A stretch of DNA of 64,000 bases, taken from the NCBI GenBank assembly GCA_965202585.1, contig OZ241826.1:34844001-34908000 (forward strand), in the 5' to 3' direction. Below the pieces are notes generated by a model that saw only the letters and a program-made list of their open reading frames with translations, was not told the DNA's origin and did not search any database. The number at the start of each line of letters is the position of its first letter. The first letter of the stretch is position 1. The position numbers were made by a program, and so were the translations under genes. Positions 25,025 through 39,439 of the stretch are shown here, piece by piece. Source of the stretch: Thalia democratica (Eukaryota).

Positions 25025-27551
25025 GTGTACAGTATTTATTTTGAATAAAAAACTTATAAAACTTTTAAAAGTATTTCAACAAAAACGTTATCGATTATTC
25101 TAGTTCTAAAAGTTTACTGTTGATATTTTATAACAATTTCGGGCATAGTTTTTAAAATAAAATAACTTAATCATAAAAAACTCAGTTTAGGTAGTAAAAG
25201 AATATATTAAGTTGTAATTTGTACTTCAATAATCTACTGTGTTGTAACTGTGTTAGTTTTGGAAAGTTTTATTTGATTAAGATTGCAGTTTATCGTTAAA
25301 TGAGATTTTATTATAAAATTTACTATATCATATAATCTTTAGTAAACAAAAGTGCTGATGTTATCTGTTTTAAGATAGGTCATTATGATAAGAAAATAGT
25401 TAAAAGCCTGCTGTAGTCTGCTATACTAACATTTAGCTAAAACTCACATGAAGAGTGTAAAATTAACTCACATTTAAATATATTAAATGTTTCTTATATA
25501 AATTAAGAAAGCTAAAACTTTAAATTTTTAATTAGTTTCAGTAAGTAAAATGAGTAAATTTCTTAAACTTATTACTTTTTATTTATTTATCGACCTGTTT
25601 TTATTATAACAATCGATATATAACAAACTTTATTAACTGATCTGTAAGTTATTACCAGTTTTTATGTTAAATATTTTTTTTTAATTTCCTAGAAAATACG
25701 TTAAAATGTATCCAAGTGGTGTGCGGTTCTTTGTTTTTTGTTCTTCAGGTCCTAGGAGAAAATATTATAAGTGCTTTTTTGTCCTTCCATAATCTATATT
25801 ATAAACATAGAAATATACGTCAACTATAAAAATAAGCACAAAAAGCGATTTATATTATAATAATCAATATTTTCTCCGATTTATGACATTTCATGCATCA
25901 CGTATAAAACAATTAATCTTTTACATTTGTTAATTTGAAGTTTTTTATAGCCTACATAAATATGAAGACTTAAATTAAAAGGTAGTATATCATTATTATC
26001 TTATTATAAGTATTTGAAAAGTCCCTCAAATAAAAACAAGCATTTATTAGTATAAAGAATCCGTTAAATTATTCACAGATCGAACTTTTTCTGACAGATC
26101 ATTGTTTGATCAACTCTTTTATAGATCAACAAATTGAATTAAATTGGAAATATTGAAACCTTTAATAAAGAAAATGCTAATTAAATATTGGTAGAAAAAT
26201 ATCTTTTGCAGATTGCGATTTTATTTAGAATTTGTAAAAGTATATAAAATTAAATAAAACGTCTTATAATCATACAAAAAATAATCATTCAAAAATTCAA
26301 CTTTCTTTAAATTCAATATGACGTTTTGCAAATCATATTTTCTAAATGAAAATAAGTAAATTTTACAAAATCATCTTTACATTTTGGATTAGGACTTCTT
26401 ACTTATCTTCAAAAAAGTTCATCTTACTTAATCTGTGAGTTTGTTTGTGCATTAGTTATTACAATAATAACTAATGATGATGTTGATGTTGTAGTAGTTG
26501 ATGTGTTATACTTTATGATAATTCATTTAGTTTTCAAATTAAAGAAATTTATCTATAAACTCAAATGTTTTAATTTCAGCAATGATAAACAAAATTTAAG
26601 AAATTTTTTTCTAAATACTTACGTTTAGCAAAACTGTGAAGAAAAACTTTTGTATAGTTTAACTTTATTATATACGGAGAGCACAAACAGTAATTTAAGT
26701 GATTTACCATTAACTTTTATTCAAAATGACTTATTTTGTTATAGTTTAAATAGAATAAAAGTACAGTCAAAAATATTTTTTTTTGAAAACTGTACATAGT
26801 TTATATAAGTTTTTTATATTTAACATGTTTACTAGAAGTTTATTTTATAACTTAATATGTTTTGCTTAGATAACATAAACATTTTTTTTTACATAACTAG
26901 CTTTAGTATTTTTTTTTTAAACTGTAGGTAATAAATTATCATTTAAAGTTTTATTAAAATGGTTATTATAAAAAAAGTAAAAGTTATATTAAATATTTAT
27001 TTCTAAAACTTGCAACATTACTTAACTAATTACTGCTTGAAAATTTATAAACCTATTAATAACTTAAACTGAGGCTTGTTAGTCATTTTTAAGAAATAAT
27101 ATCAAAATTCTCTAAAAATTGTGTTAAGAATGATCCTTGAAGGTATGTAACAAATCGGAAGTACAAGAACTTTATTTGATTAAAAAAAGACTTATAGTCT
27201 ATTTAAAGTACTTTTTTGCTTATTTACTAGTTGTTACAACCTATGATTTTGAAACAAAAACTAAATATTCTTAGGAACAAACTATAGTATTCATAAAAAC
27301 TACAACTAACTAAAACTATGACTTCAACTGGCCAGACCACATTGTTCTTAGAATTTATTTTTACATCAGATTTTTTTGTTTCCTCTAAAATTGTGTCCAG
27401 GTTTGATTTTATTTTGGCAGTTATAGCTTTAATATTAAAAAAAAGCATATACATTGCGTGAATAAATATTCAAAACAATACCTTTATTAAATGTTTTGGT
27501 TTTAAGAAACAAATAAAGAGATCTCAACTACTGAAAGAGAAATAATGAACT

Positions 27552-27715
27552 TACTCTTTCAAGAACTTATTTTACAAATTAATTTTCGGTCAAAGACCTC
27601 GTCAGTGCTTAAATAAATCTTATTCAAATAGAATTCTATTTGAACAAGACTTATTTAACCACTGACGAGGTCTTTGACTGAAGCTTAGTTTGTAAAATAA
27701 ATTCTTGAAAGAATA
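27552..27715. repeat. ~165-bp spacerless palindrome, probably a TA-flanked foldback MITE
   Basis: The arms pair in register around GAATTC (27631-27636) without indels, with a 19-bp perfect core GTCAAAGACCTCGTCAGTG / CACTGACGAGGTCTTTGAC and TA at both ends. Confidence 0.9.
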
Positions 27716-29082
27716 AATACAATACTTTTATATCATTTTATGTTAAATGTTGTAAAAGCACTCTTTTTTTTTGTATTTTTAGTATTGAATCGTAATTATA
27801 AGTATAGATTTAAATCCAACTGTATTAATTGTTTCTTTAAATGTTTTTTTTAAAGATATTGTTTTTGAATAAATTATTTAAAATACATTGATAGAAGTAT
27901 GTTTTGAGTTTAGTTTCTTAACATTGTAGATACAAGCCATGAAGTAAACTTTTTTTTAACTATTTACAACTTTAAAGCACATGATGCTTAAGGTATAAAT
28001 ACTTTCAACGCTGATTTATACTAGTATATACATCGTAGTTTGTTTTATCATACTTAAAAACCTCATTTAATACTATTCATCGGTCATCATTTTATTTATA
28101 TCTGAATTGTTTTAGTAATAAAAAGTTTTATCTTTAAAACTTATTAGTTTTAAAAATGCTAAAAGTTAGTAAAAACTTGCTATTGTACAATTATGAAATG
28201 AATGAAAGTTTTAAGTAATTTCAATTTTAAAAGTTTAAAAAAGTTGGCAAATAAAGAAGTTACTAATAAAATACTTTTTGGCACATATAAACAAGAAATA
28301 CAAAACCTAATGAAAAATGTCTCATAATCCTACAAAAAACTTTGAGACAAAATACGTCAATTTAATCTTGCTAGCCAAATTAAATATGACGTTTGGAACT
28401 TTTTATTTTCTGGATAAATAATTAAAACAATTTTATATAAACAACTTAATTTTGGAGTAGCACTATCTATCTTATCTACCCAAAAGTGAATTTTACTTCA
28501 TTCGTGAGTTTGTTTGTACATCAGTTTATACAAAATTTGTATTTGTTAGTAACTAGTTCATGGTAGAACTAAGGTATATTGTTAATACAATTAAATGTTT
28601 CAATCAGGAGACCAAACTAATCAATGAAAGTTAATTCTTATATATATATTGTTTTTTTTTGTCTAAAATTTTGTTGTAAGACTAAACCAATTGTCTGTTT
28701 TTGTTGTGCATCGACTTTAAGAAGATACCTTAAGTTAAAAAAATTGTTTTCATGATATTGATAAGTGCTTCAATGTTAAATTTTTGATGTTTTTGTTGAA
28801 CAAATTTTGAAATAAAACTATTTAATAAATATGTTAAAACAGGGTCATTTGATATTTATCAAAAACAATAGTTCTATGTCTAATAATGTACTGACTGAAT
28901 ACTTGAATAATAATCTCCTTTACTTTATACTATTTGTTATCTTTAACCATTTAAAACAAACTGAACTAGTTTGATACAATTTTTGAAATACCTTAAAAAA
29001 ACATTGCTACATATACTTATGATATATATATTAAATAGTATATTAAAGCAGTTACAAGAACTAAATATCTATCAGAGTGAAA

Positions 29083-32000
29083 ATGCCAGTTGCGAAAGTA
29101 ATCAAGCAGAAAACAAAGCAATGGTCAGATGTTTCTGATCAGGCAACTGAAGATCAGAAATTTCAAATAAATCTTCACAAGGGCCAACTTGGATTGAAAA
29201 GTCAGTAGTAGTTTTTTATAAAAAATATCATAAGTAATATTTAACTTCTTTAAAAGTGCACTAAAATGCTTAAAATTAAGTTTGTATAAGAACTTGTATT
29301 TATTTATTTGGTCTTTGAGCAGATCTTTAAATAAATTCACTTTAAATAATTACCCAAAGCAGTTTGCATAAAAATATAAAAATTTTCACAATCTTGGAAT
29401 GAGTATTAAGTACAGCATTAAGAAAAATTATGATAACTCAAATTAAAAACCTCTTCGGCATTAGTAAACATTACTTTTTAGAACCATCTAAAGTTTTAAT
29501 AAACTAAAAGTATTTTAAATTTTAGTTATAGGTCAGTTTTAAACTTTAAAATCAAGAATAAATTTAACCAAACAGACTTGTACAGTGTACACAAGTTTGC
29601 AAAAATAAAAATTTTCACCTCGTAACTTTTGAAACAGTGAAGCAACTGAAACTGGACGTGCAAGCTCTCAAGTACGAGTTGAAGGTGCAGAAAGACATGG
29701 TGCGCAGAAGACGCAAGGAGGTCACCGTGACAAGGACTCAAGCTAGAGCCAAGAGCAAACCGTGCGGAAACATCAAGGAAGAAATGGCAAAGTTGACAAT
29801 GTCCAAGGAGGACCGCAACACGTACAACTACTTTGGAGTTCTCGTCAGTTTTTATTTTATTAAAAATATAAATCTTAAATATATTAATCGCGCAAATGTA
29901 TTTAAAGTTTAAGGTTTTAAAAAACTTTTCCATCGATTTAGAAAACTTTTATTTTTAATGGATAACAGTTTTAAGGGCTGCTTAATGAAAATTTTCATAT
30001 TATTATTTCTTCTGTTAAAAAACTAAAGCATTTTTTCAAACAGTGGTCGTTGAAGAACATAGAAAAAGGGAACAAGACAATTAGTTTGGTGGTGAACCAA
30101 TATGTGAACAAGCAGCTTAGAAGAAGAGAAAAAGTTAAGCAAATGAGGAAAAAGTGCTTAGACAATGAAAAGATGTTCACAAAACAAACTGAAATCGACA
30201 ACAAGCTCACTAAAGTAAAATCTTAAAAAGTTTTAAATTTTAAACTTTGGATTTAAATACTTTGCTTAGTTCTCTGATTATGTATAAGACAAGTAGAAAT
30301 TGTTTTGTGTCTTTTTTATTGTTTTTATATATTTTTATTGAAAAACGTAACTTTGACACTTTAAGTTTTGGATATAAGCTTGAGAAAAAAACTTAATGTT
30401 TAGTAATAATATTTTTTGACAAGGTTGAGTTATTAAGACTTAGTCTTTGTAATAGTTTTATATGTTCTACGAATTAGATTTATCCTAATTGACCACTTGT
30501 ATAATAGTACAATAAATGATGTTTTTACTACCAAGTCTTTATCACATAAGATACCTAAAAGAGATCGTATACAGATAAATAAAAAGTTTTTGTGTCAACT
30601 AACTGTGGGCTAAACAAAGTTAAAATGCTTTTTGCTGTAGGACTTTGTGTGTCAAAAAAAACTATATTTTTTAATTTTAATATCTTACTAAAATTATACT
30701 GTTATAATAGCTAACAGTATCTTTAAAAAAAGGTGTGTGACCATTTAGCTGTGAAGATCAGTAGAACAAAGACTAAATATTACACAGCTCAAAGGATAAA
30801 TCGTTGGTACAAGCTTGTGATAGACCAACTGAAAGTTAGTTATTTTTGTTAAGCTAAGGTACATAACATAACATAAAAAATAAAGGGATTCTTTAATTTT
30901 ACCACATAAAACTTACAATTACGATTATCAAAGTCTTGTTTTGCTGTTGACTTTGTTTACAAGATGGTTTTTTGAGTGATAAAACTCACATAAGCTTCTT
31001 AACAAATATTTGACTGATACAACAAGAAACAAGCATTCTATTAGTACATGAGTTATCAATTATAAAAATAACTTTCAAACACCCTTGACAGACTCAGTGT
31101 CGTAATCTACCTAGTATGATCGAAAAGACAGAACAAGAACTGAAAGTTTATGAAAAATCAGTGAAAACCAGTCTTAAAGAACAGAAAAAAATTATGAAGA
31201 AATGCAACTTGTCTGTTGTTAGTTTTTATTTTAGTTTTTTAATGGATTTTACTTTTGAAAAGTAGTTGTTTAATTTTAAAATTTACTTAAAAAAAGGAAT
31301 GTAATTTTTATATGCTTGACATTTATTAAAAAAACTTTTTTTCATATAAACTTTTGGATAAAAAAATTTAAGCTCTCTTTTCATAAAGTATGTTTTACTA
31401 TTATTCTTTAAATTTTTTCCTCTTTATTTTGAAATTTTGTAGTTTGAATAATCAAATTTTAGATTACACTTTTTTATTCAAAATATATTTTTTTTTGGAA
31501 TTTCGTACGTTGAAGTGAAACTTCGATCTTCAAACTGTTTTCTTTCAGTTTTATACACTGTGTGCTAACTTGTACTACATTTAATATATGTTAAATGAAA
31601 AGTTTTTCGTTGTTAAAACTTGTGCCTTTAAACTATAATCTGCAGGAGGAGAAGCAAAGATTCTCATTGAGTTCGCAGCAGGATCGCGAGGAGAGATGGA
31701 GCGAGATCGAACAGCTGCAGCAGATCGTGTACGAGATCAAGCACTGCGATCGGGTGTTCATCTCGGAGAAGATCCGGAAGAAGTTGAACGCCAACGCGTC
31801 GGCGGTCTTCAACACTTTCGCCAACAACATGGTCAAGAGAGCTCAGCAGAAAGCCGTGGAAAGAGCCAGTCAGTATTTGTAAATTTATAAAGTTTTGAAC
31901 ATGAAAAAAAATATGTTTGATTTTTTTCTAACTTTGTTGTATTCAATTCTTTTTAAAAAGTTAATAATAATGTTTCTAACTTTTTAGTTTAACTTCAATT

Positions 32001-34738
32001 AAATTTTTAACTTTTTCGCACATAATAAATTATTTGGAAATTTAGTGTTTTGATTTCTTTTAAATTATCTATAAGCTTAGTTCGATCATTCGTACAGTAT
32101 TTAAAAATTAGAAGTAAGCTCTAATTTATGAAGATAAATACTAACCGGTATTTTTTTGGTAGACAACTTTTAAAAACAAATTATTCTTTTAGTGACTCAA
32201 CGTTCGGTGTACAATGAATTGTACAAAAAGCCAAAAGATGAAAGAAAATCAGAAAAGATAAGAATTTTATTTTAATATATTTTGTTTTTAAAAAGTTGTT
32301 GCAATGCATTTAGACAATAGTTGTTTAAAAAAGTATGTTAACTTATTAAAAAAAAAACCTAAAACCTATTGCCATAAGTCAAGTTTCTTTTACGTTATAT
32401 CATTAACAACACTAACTATTATGACGTAACAGCAAATCAGAGGGCAAATTTTGAGGTTTTTGAAACGTCATGAGGAGATGTATTCCAAACACAAGGGCAC
32501 ACAAAACCATTTGCACAAAATTAAACAAAAAATGGTCAGTATTAACCACAAACGCGACTGCATGATATTCGAAAGTAGAATGAGGTAGAATTTTTGTCAT
32601 GATAAGCATATGAACAATTTTAATACTTTGGTTGATTAAAACTATTTTATTCTAAGGCACTGTACCAACTGTCTAAACAGTTTAACTATCGTAAAAATAA
32701 AAAATCATATCTTTAAAACTATTTATACTTGCCTGAAATTTAATAAACTTGAAAAAATATTAAATTTTGTATAAGTAAAGTGTGATAATTTTTATAGAAA
32801 AGTGTTAAGGACAACAAAAAAGTTAATTAGTGATTAAGTTATTTTTTCTAAATATTTCAGTAAAGTAAATCTTTTTATATAAAGGACAAAGTTGTATATT
32901 TTTTGTATTTTTACATGCTTTATATGTCCATGACTCTTTAAGCAATACTTCAGCTTTCTGAAGATTGTCTACATACGATAGCTATATTAACATATTAGTT
33001 ATAAACACAATGGTTCAAAAAATTTTAATCTGTATAAGTCTTATTTTGACGAAGAATGTTTAAGTTTGCATTTATAAGCTATTCAACTACAACTTATTTT
33101 TAACAGAGTTAAGAACCTTATTTGCCATCTAAACAATGAAATCGAAAGAACATTGCAATCAAACAAAGCCAAGAAAGACAAACTGGCTCAATTCAACAAT
33201 TTCAAAGCACACGTGCAAATATTTTCTCACTGGAAACTGACAAAATTGGAACAAGTGTTCAAAATAGATAACACAAAAATCAGGACTAGTTCTAACTTCA
33301 ATCCTGCCAACCTGACTAATGCATTTGCTTCACAATGTTTGTTTATTTTTTAAGTTTACTTATTTTATAAGTTATTTAAATATACTAAAAAGTTTTAATT
33401 TTTTTTATTTTAAACTTTAAAAAAATATTAGATTTTTAAAGCAAATAATGTATAATTTATAGACATCCAGGAATTATCTACTTTCCTTTACTGCATGCAC
33501 CTGATCAAAACGCTCCACCGAAATCTTTTGAAAAAGTCCCGTGACGGCGCCTTCCTGCCGCCTGATTGGACAACAAAGCACAAAAGAACCAATCAGAAGG
33601 TAGGAAAAATTATTAAAAAGTTGAACATTGATCCGCTGATGATGATGCAGCTGAAAGTTCAGCAGTACAATTTTGAGGTTTGTTTTGTAGTTCACTTGTT
33701 ATTAATTGATTATCAAGTTAATAATTTTTTTATAGCAATATTGTTATGACATAACTTTGTTTGTCATTTAAAATATATAATTAGTATTTTAACTTAACAT
33801 TCACAAGCAAAACTATCAGCCTGGGGTGACACAATATGGCGTCATAGAGTAATTTTTTTATGTTTTTATATTCAGTTTGTGTTAAGTATCAAAAATGAGA
33901 TTCTTGTTAAATAAACAAAAAGTATTTTATATTTAAGTTCTGTAAACAACCATAAATCAGACAAAGTTGTTCTGCATCCCTCATTTGACGTCATCACACA
34001 TCTCCCCTTGCTGGTTTCAAACTTTTAAATTTATAATTTTTTATTTATGTATTATTACGTGGTTATCACAGTTAATATTATAAAAATACAAAACATTTGC
34101 TTTTACTTGAAACATTTTTTACACAGAAAGCGGGATTGAGACCGGGTAGGACAAACCATCGAGTCAGCTTTTTTATTCGTGATAATAATGGTTTGTTTGG
34201 TATAATATACTTTTTCTTTAAAACTATTTTGTAATTATTTGTAGGTAATTATTTGCGTGTGTTTTAAACATTTTAGCTTACAAATAGTGAGACTTTTTTA
34301 TTTAATAGGTAATAAATAAATTGTAGCTTACAAGTATTGTATTTCATTCAAATTATGCTAGGAATACTTTATAAAGTAAAATATTATGAAGTTGTTCACC
34401 GGCCAGTTTGTTACAACATAATTATTTCTTACATTGATATAAAACTATCTGCTTAGGTTTAAATAAGTCGATTGGTTTAAAATATTACAAACTGTGAAAC
34501 TTTACTTTTATTATTTCGTATTTCTATAAAACACCTTACAAAACTTTTTAAAGTAACTGTAAAACTCTTATTTTTTACTAGAAATAAATATTTAAGTATA
34601 TAAATGTTTTTAGCTGATACTACAGAAGATGAATTTGTTGATCCTCAATGTAGAAAAGTTTTAATGACTTTTATGAAGCCTCTAAACCAGGAACAACTTT
34701 CAAGACAGTATCAGAAACATTTCTCAAGGTTTCTTTAA
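29083..34738 (+). CDS. Multi-exon gene for an uncharacterised ~598-aa K/Q/E-rich, probably coiled-coil protein
   Basis: Exons 29083-29200, 29638-29843, 30044-30214, 30733-30834, 31092-31217, 31646-31868, (32193-32257), 32433-32584, 33107-33336, 33463-33677, 34127-34190 and 34614-34738. All junctions are phase-compatible GT-AG without stops, except one with an AT donor at 32258. The start and last exon are provisional. Confidence 0.75.
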
Positions 34739-37644
34739 ACAGCAAAGTGTTTCTATGATACCAGGAAAAAAAAAACAAAACATTTACATAATTTTTAAAC
34801 ATTTTTTTAATAAACAATTTTAATGAACATACTAGTTGTTTTAATAACTTTTAAGTTTGATTTTAATTTGATTATTAATCACTTACGTTTAACAAAATGC
34901 TAAGCTGTAAGATGTAGATAGCAGGGGCGTCTTGTAGGTTTGAGCGTTGTAATAGATACTCAACCTAAAAAAGAAAACTGTAAATATTTTTAATAAAACT
35001 AACTAAAATAATCAGTCACTTAAATTAGCTATTTTTATTTATATCATAATACAATTTAAAAAAAAAACAAAAAATAAGTGTGTTTTAAATCTAGACTCTA
35101 GACCAATACATTTTCATTGGATTTTTCTTTCTTTAGTTCGACTCCGAAATTAACTGTAAGAAAAAATAAATACAAAACTACTAAAAAGAATTAAGTATCA
35201 AGAACAATGATAAACTTAACTTATAGGTTAAATGATTGAAAATGCAATTTTAGTTGAAGACCTTATACTAAAACTATATCACAACATTTCAAATTTTAAG
35301 TTTTATAAGAACTAACTATCTTAAAAAGACTAACATGAAAAATTTTTAAAGAAAAAGTTATGTAAAGTTAACGGTGTATAAAACCAATCTACAAAACTAT
35401 TTCAAGTAAATAAAGTTTTCAATTGTTTTGTGTCATAAGTACTGTGTTACGATATTTACATAAAAAATATCAAAGTTAAATGGTTGTAAAAGTACCAAAT
35501 TTGAAAAAGGTTAGAGAAAAACATAATATTACAAATACACTTCGTACACGAAGACTTTTTAATCTGACACTGTTCAAACATAGTTTTTATCGAACAAAAT
35601 TGAAAAATTGATCAAAATTTTTGGTTCAAGGACCTGGATGCGCAAAAAGACCTCTCGGTCATTGATTTGCATACCCAACTAAATCAAAATTATAATGAGC
35701 TACAAATGAAAAAAAATAAAGTCAAAATTTAAACTCCAAAACGAAAAAGTACTTCATATGAACCATAAGACAGATACATTATATAAAAAGAACTCAAGTA
35801 CTAATTAGAATTGCCATGACCGCTCGCAGGGCCTGGCAGCCACGACGGAACAGATACTGCCTCTGAGTAACTTGAGATCATCTTAAAATACTGTTATTTA
35901 CAATATTAGGCAATATTAGAATATCAGAATATCAAATATGCGTATAAATATATGGAATCATTAACAAATACTAATAATAGTATCAACATTTAACAAGATC
36001 TAATAATTCTAAATTATTATATATGAATATAGATAACTTAAACTACCACTAATATACTAAATAAATCACTAGTATATTATAAACAACTAAATTTTATTAT
36101 TAAACAAATTAGAAATGTAAACTTTCAATTAAAGATAAAAAAGAGAGATAAACAGTATTTACAAGATAGCAGTTCTCTGAAGCCTTAACATGTTACTTTC
36201 AATACATATAACGTCAACTCAAGCCGTATCATTCAACTCTGCCATATAAAAAAGTGTCTTCAAAAAACAACCAAACTTATCTATTGTTACATAATATCTT
36301 TTGATTTTAGCGTTCTTAGAAATAAATAACTTTTTTGTACTTTTTCGAATAAGCCTAACATTACAGCCACACACACACAAAGCTGTACAACTTCAGAAGT
36401 AGTAAAATAAAACTTATACATAAGGAGTTTGCGTCACGAGGTTTATAAAGCAAAACTTTCAAAAAATCATATTTCTGTTGTACCTTCAATACGTAGTAGC
36501 TTCTAATGAATACACACAGTAAACAATTATACAACAATCCATATTCAACATAAAATGGAAAAAGGTGACTGTACCTATCAACAATGTTTTTGTTTATCTG
36601 ACATTTTATTTGTGGTTAATTAAGCTGGGATATTAAGTTTAATAAATTTATTGAAAATAATAATTGTTTTACGAATTGAATGAAAACTAGTTTTGTCGAT
36701 CAAAGTTGCTAGTAGTTTAATTTTATTTTAACTTAACAAGAAAAAACTGATGTTCGCTTTAAAACTTCTTAACTTCTTATTTACTGTAAGTATTTTTTCT
36801 GTGCCTATAATGTTAACTTTTTCTGCTTCAAATAATCAAGATTTTTTCAACGTTTATCCAAATTTAAAAAATAATTCTGGATCCCAACTTTGTGGATCTA
36901 GTAGATCACTAGTAAAATGTGCTTTTATATAATTACTTTTGAACATTCATATAAGCTTACAAAACACTTTACAACTGACACTGTTTTATTAAAATAAACT
37001 ACCTATAATACTGTAAGAAGTAAATTTTAGCTGTTTTATTTTTTGTCACCATTAGTAGATTAAAATCTTTTATCTAAAAAAATTGATATCTTTTTACGAA
37101 GTTAACTTAATATGTTCGAAAAAAAAAAAGCTACACCAAGTTCGTTAATAAAGACTTTTTTGTTTTGATGAAGTTATGTACTGATAACTGATGAGAATTT
37201 ATTTATAAACAAAATATTTTAAGATTTTTTTCCCTTATTTTTTATTTATGACCGATTAAATTTTCTAGTACAACGAAGACACCACATGCTAATTCAAAAA
37301 GTTTTTCTGATGAAGAAAATTGATATTTTTTACGTATATGTGCAAACAGTTTTAGAAATTTTTTCTTCTTATAACCATTAATTTTGAAAACTAATTCAAT
37401 TTAGAACCAGAAGTATAAAACTGAAACATTGCTAATATTTAACTGATTTTCAGAAAAAAAAAGCAAAACAAGCCTCTAAAAAATGAAGAACAAAAATATG
37501 AATGATATGGATGTCTTTTATACGGTTAGCAGTTACTAAGTTTAAATAAAATCAATTAAAAATAAAACAGGAATCGAAGCCAGGATATATTCTCGTTAGC
37601 TACTGAACTCTATGTCAAAGAAAATGATGATTGACAAAAACTAT

Positions 37645-37801
37645 CTCAAGCTTAACAAAAGGGTTGACCATACCAATTCGATCATCTGATCAGAAACCTT
37701 CGGTACACTGAGAACGGTCATCAGCCAGTCACAACCGAAAAAATTGCAGTCACTAACCCACAAACGGTTTATCATGTGTTAAGTCTTTTGTTAAACTTGA
37801 G
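37645..37801 (-). repeat. Foldback element homologous to 47815-47950 with the hammerhead core deleted
   Basis: Shares GGGTTGA..CCAATTCGATCATC..TTCGGTA.ACTGAGAACGGT..CATCAG.CAGTCACAACC..CAAACGGTTTATCATG with the 47.8-kb copy, and is closed by a 16/17 inverted repeat (37645-37661/37785-37801). Confidence 0.8.
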
Positions 37802-39439
37802 CGTGTCTCACGGCATACAAAAGTTCAGGCTTCTGCTCTGCAGACTTTCGCCGATGTTTTGCTGATCAAAAACTATGTCTAATTTACTATGTGCTAGTGT
37901 TAATTTAAAACCTTTAAAAAGTTTATATCATGGTTCAGATCTTAAAAAGATAATTTTAAAACAGGTTTTTTAAATGTAGACAATATCACCCTTTTAGAGT
38001 TTTTTTTGGCAGTCGAAGGATATTAATAAAAATTAATTTTGGAAACCCTGGTTTAACAAGACTTTCTTTTTAGCAATGCAAAGTAGATTTATAGCATTCA
38101 GATTAAGACAACTTTGATTAAGTTGTTTTGAGCATTACTTGAAAATATTTTTAAATTTAAGTATTTTATCTAATTGAGTTTTACTAAACTGTGCGATATT
38201 GTTTATTGAGGTGATTTCGGCTATCAAGTAGCAATCAGTAGCAGCGAAAAAAGAAAAGGTTTAAGGGTGTTTTTTAATTGCGCGTTTAGAAGAAAGTTAA
38301 ACTTTTCACCGTAATTTGTTCTCATAACTACGTCATAGTTTTTTGTGTAATTTTTGCATTAAGGTGAAGCACAGTGCAATTTAACTATACCTTAAACAGC
38401 TGAGAATTAAAGCATTTACTTTTATCGAAAATATATAATATTTTTTTGAATTCAACAATTTGCATGTTATTTAAAAGCCCTTAAAATGGGCTTAGTGGAA
38501 GGTGATTTAGATTATATATCTCATTATTTTCTATATATGTTTATATACTGTACATTATTTAATAATTAAGTCGTAGTGTGTTTTGTATAACTTTTGTATC
38601 ATTGTTTAACAAAGTGCTGTTTATTTTAAACCGTACTAGCTGGTATTAAAAACAACCTTTTTTGTCTTTACAAAGCATATGTTTTGTTTTTATATAAACC
38701 TACTTCTCTTAATATATTAATTAATGTATACAAATGTATTTTTACAATGAAACATTGTAACCTTACAATTAGTACCCGTTATAAAACAATCGTAATACAA
38801 AATCAGTTATAAATAACTAACAGAAGGTAAATTCAATTACGAAAAGAGTCGTGATAGAAAAAAAAACGTAATATAAAAACAATTTATTACAAAAAAATAT
38901 TCCAAAATATCTACTAAAATGTATCGCGATATTAAATTTGTATAGACTGTAAGACATTTTGCACTATCAAATGTTAAAAAAAGAGTACTTAATTAAAAAA
39001 TCAATATTAGAACAAAAAAACATTTTACTAAGGCATGACTTGAAGTTTTAAAGCAAATTTTATCGATATTATGCAAACCAATTAAGAGTTCTAAATTGTT
39101 AGATTATATAAAAGATGCGGAAACAAGAAAGAGTAAAAGTATTGAGGTAGCAACAAAAAAACTCATAATTGAGCAACAGAAAACAATTTCCGGTTTAAAA
39201 TATTAGTTTCCCCCTAACTTGCTAAAAGTTATGAAATAGACTATCTATCTCAAACAATAACAGATTGATTCACAAGTCAAAAGCATTTTACTTGCAAAAT
39301 TCGGCAAGCTCCTTTGTTACAACGTAGCTCGGCTGTAATGCTTCATTAGCAACCAGCTGTAGCAGACTTTAGTCAACAGGTAATTTGCTTACATGTCAGC
39401 CTAATATTTGCCGTCAATATTCTTTCACAACATCTAGCT

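Noticed and set aside
39050-39207. Start-less coding-like stretch (LEVLKQILSILCKPIKSSKLLDYIKDAE...), and a similar decayed stretch near 35450-35600
   Set aside because: They have no start, no clear splice sites and no recognisable homology.
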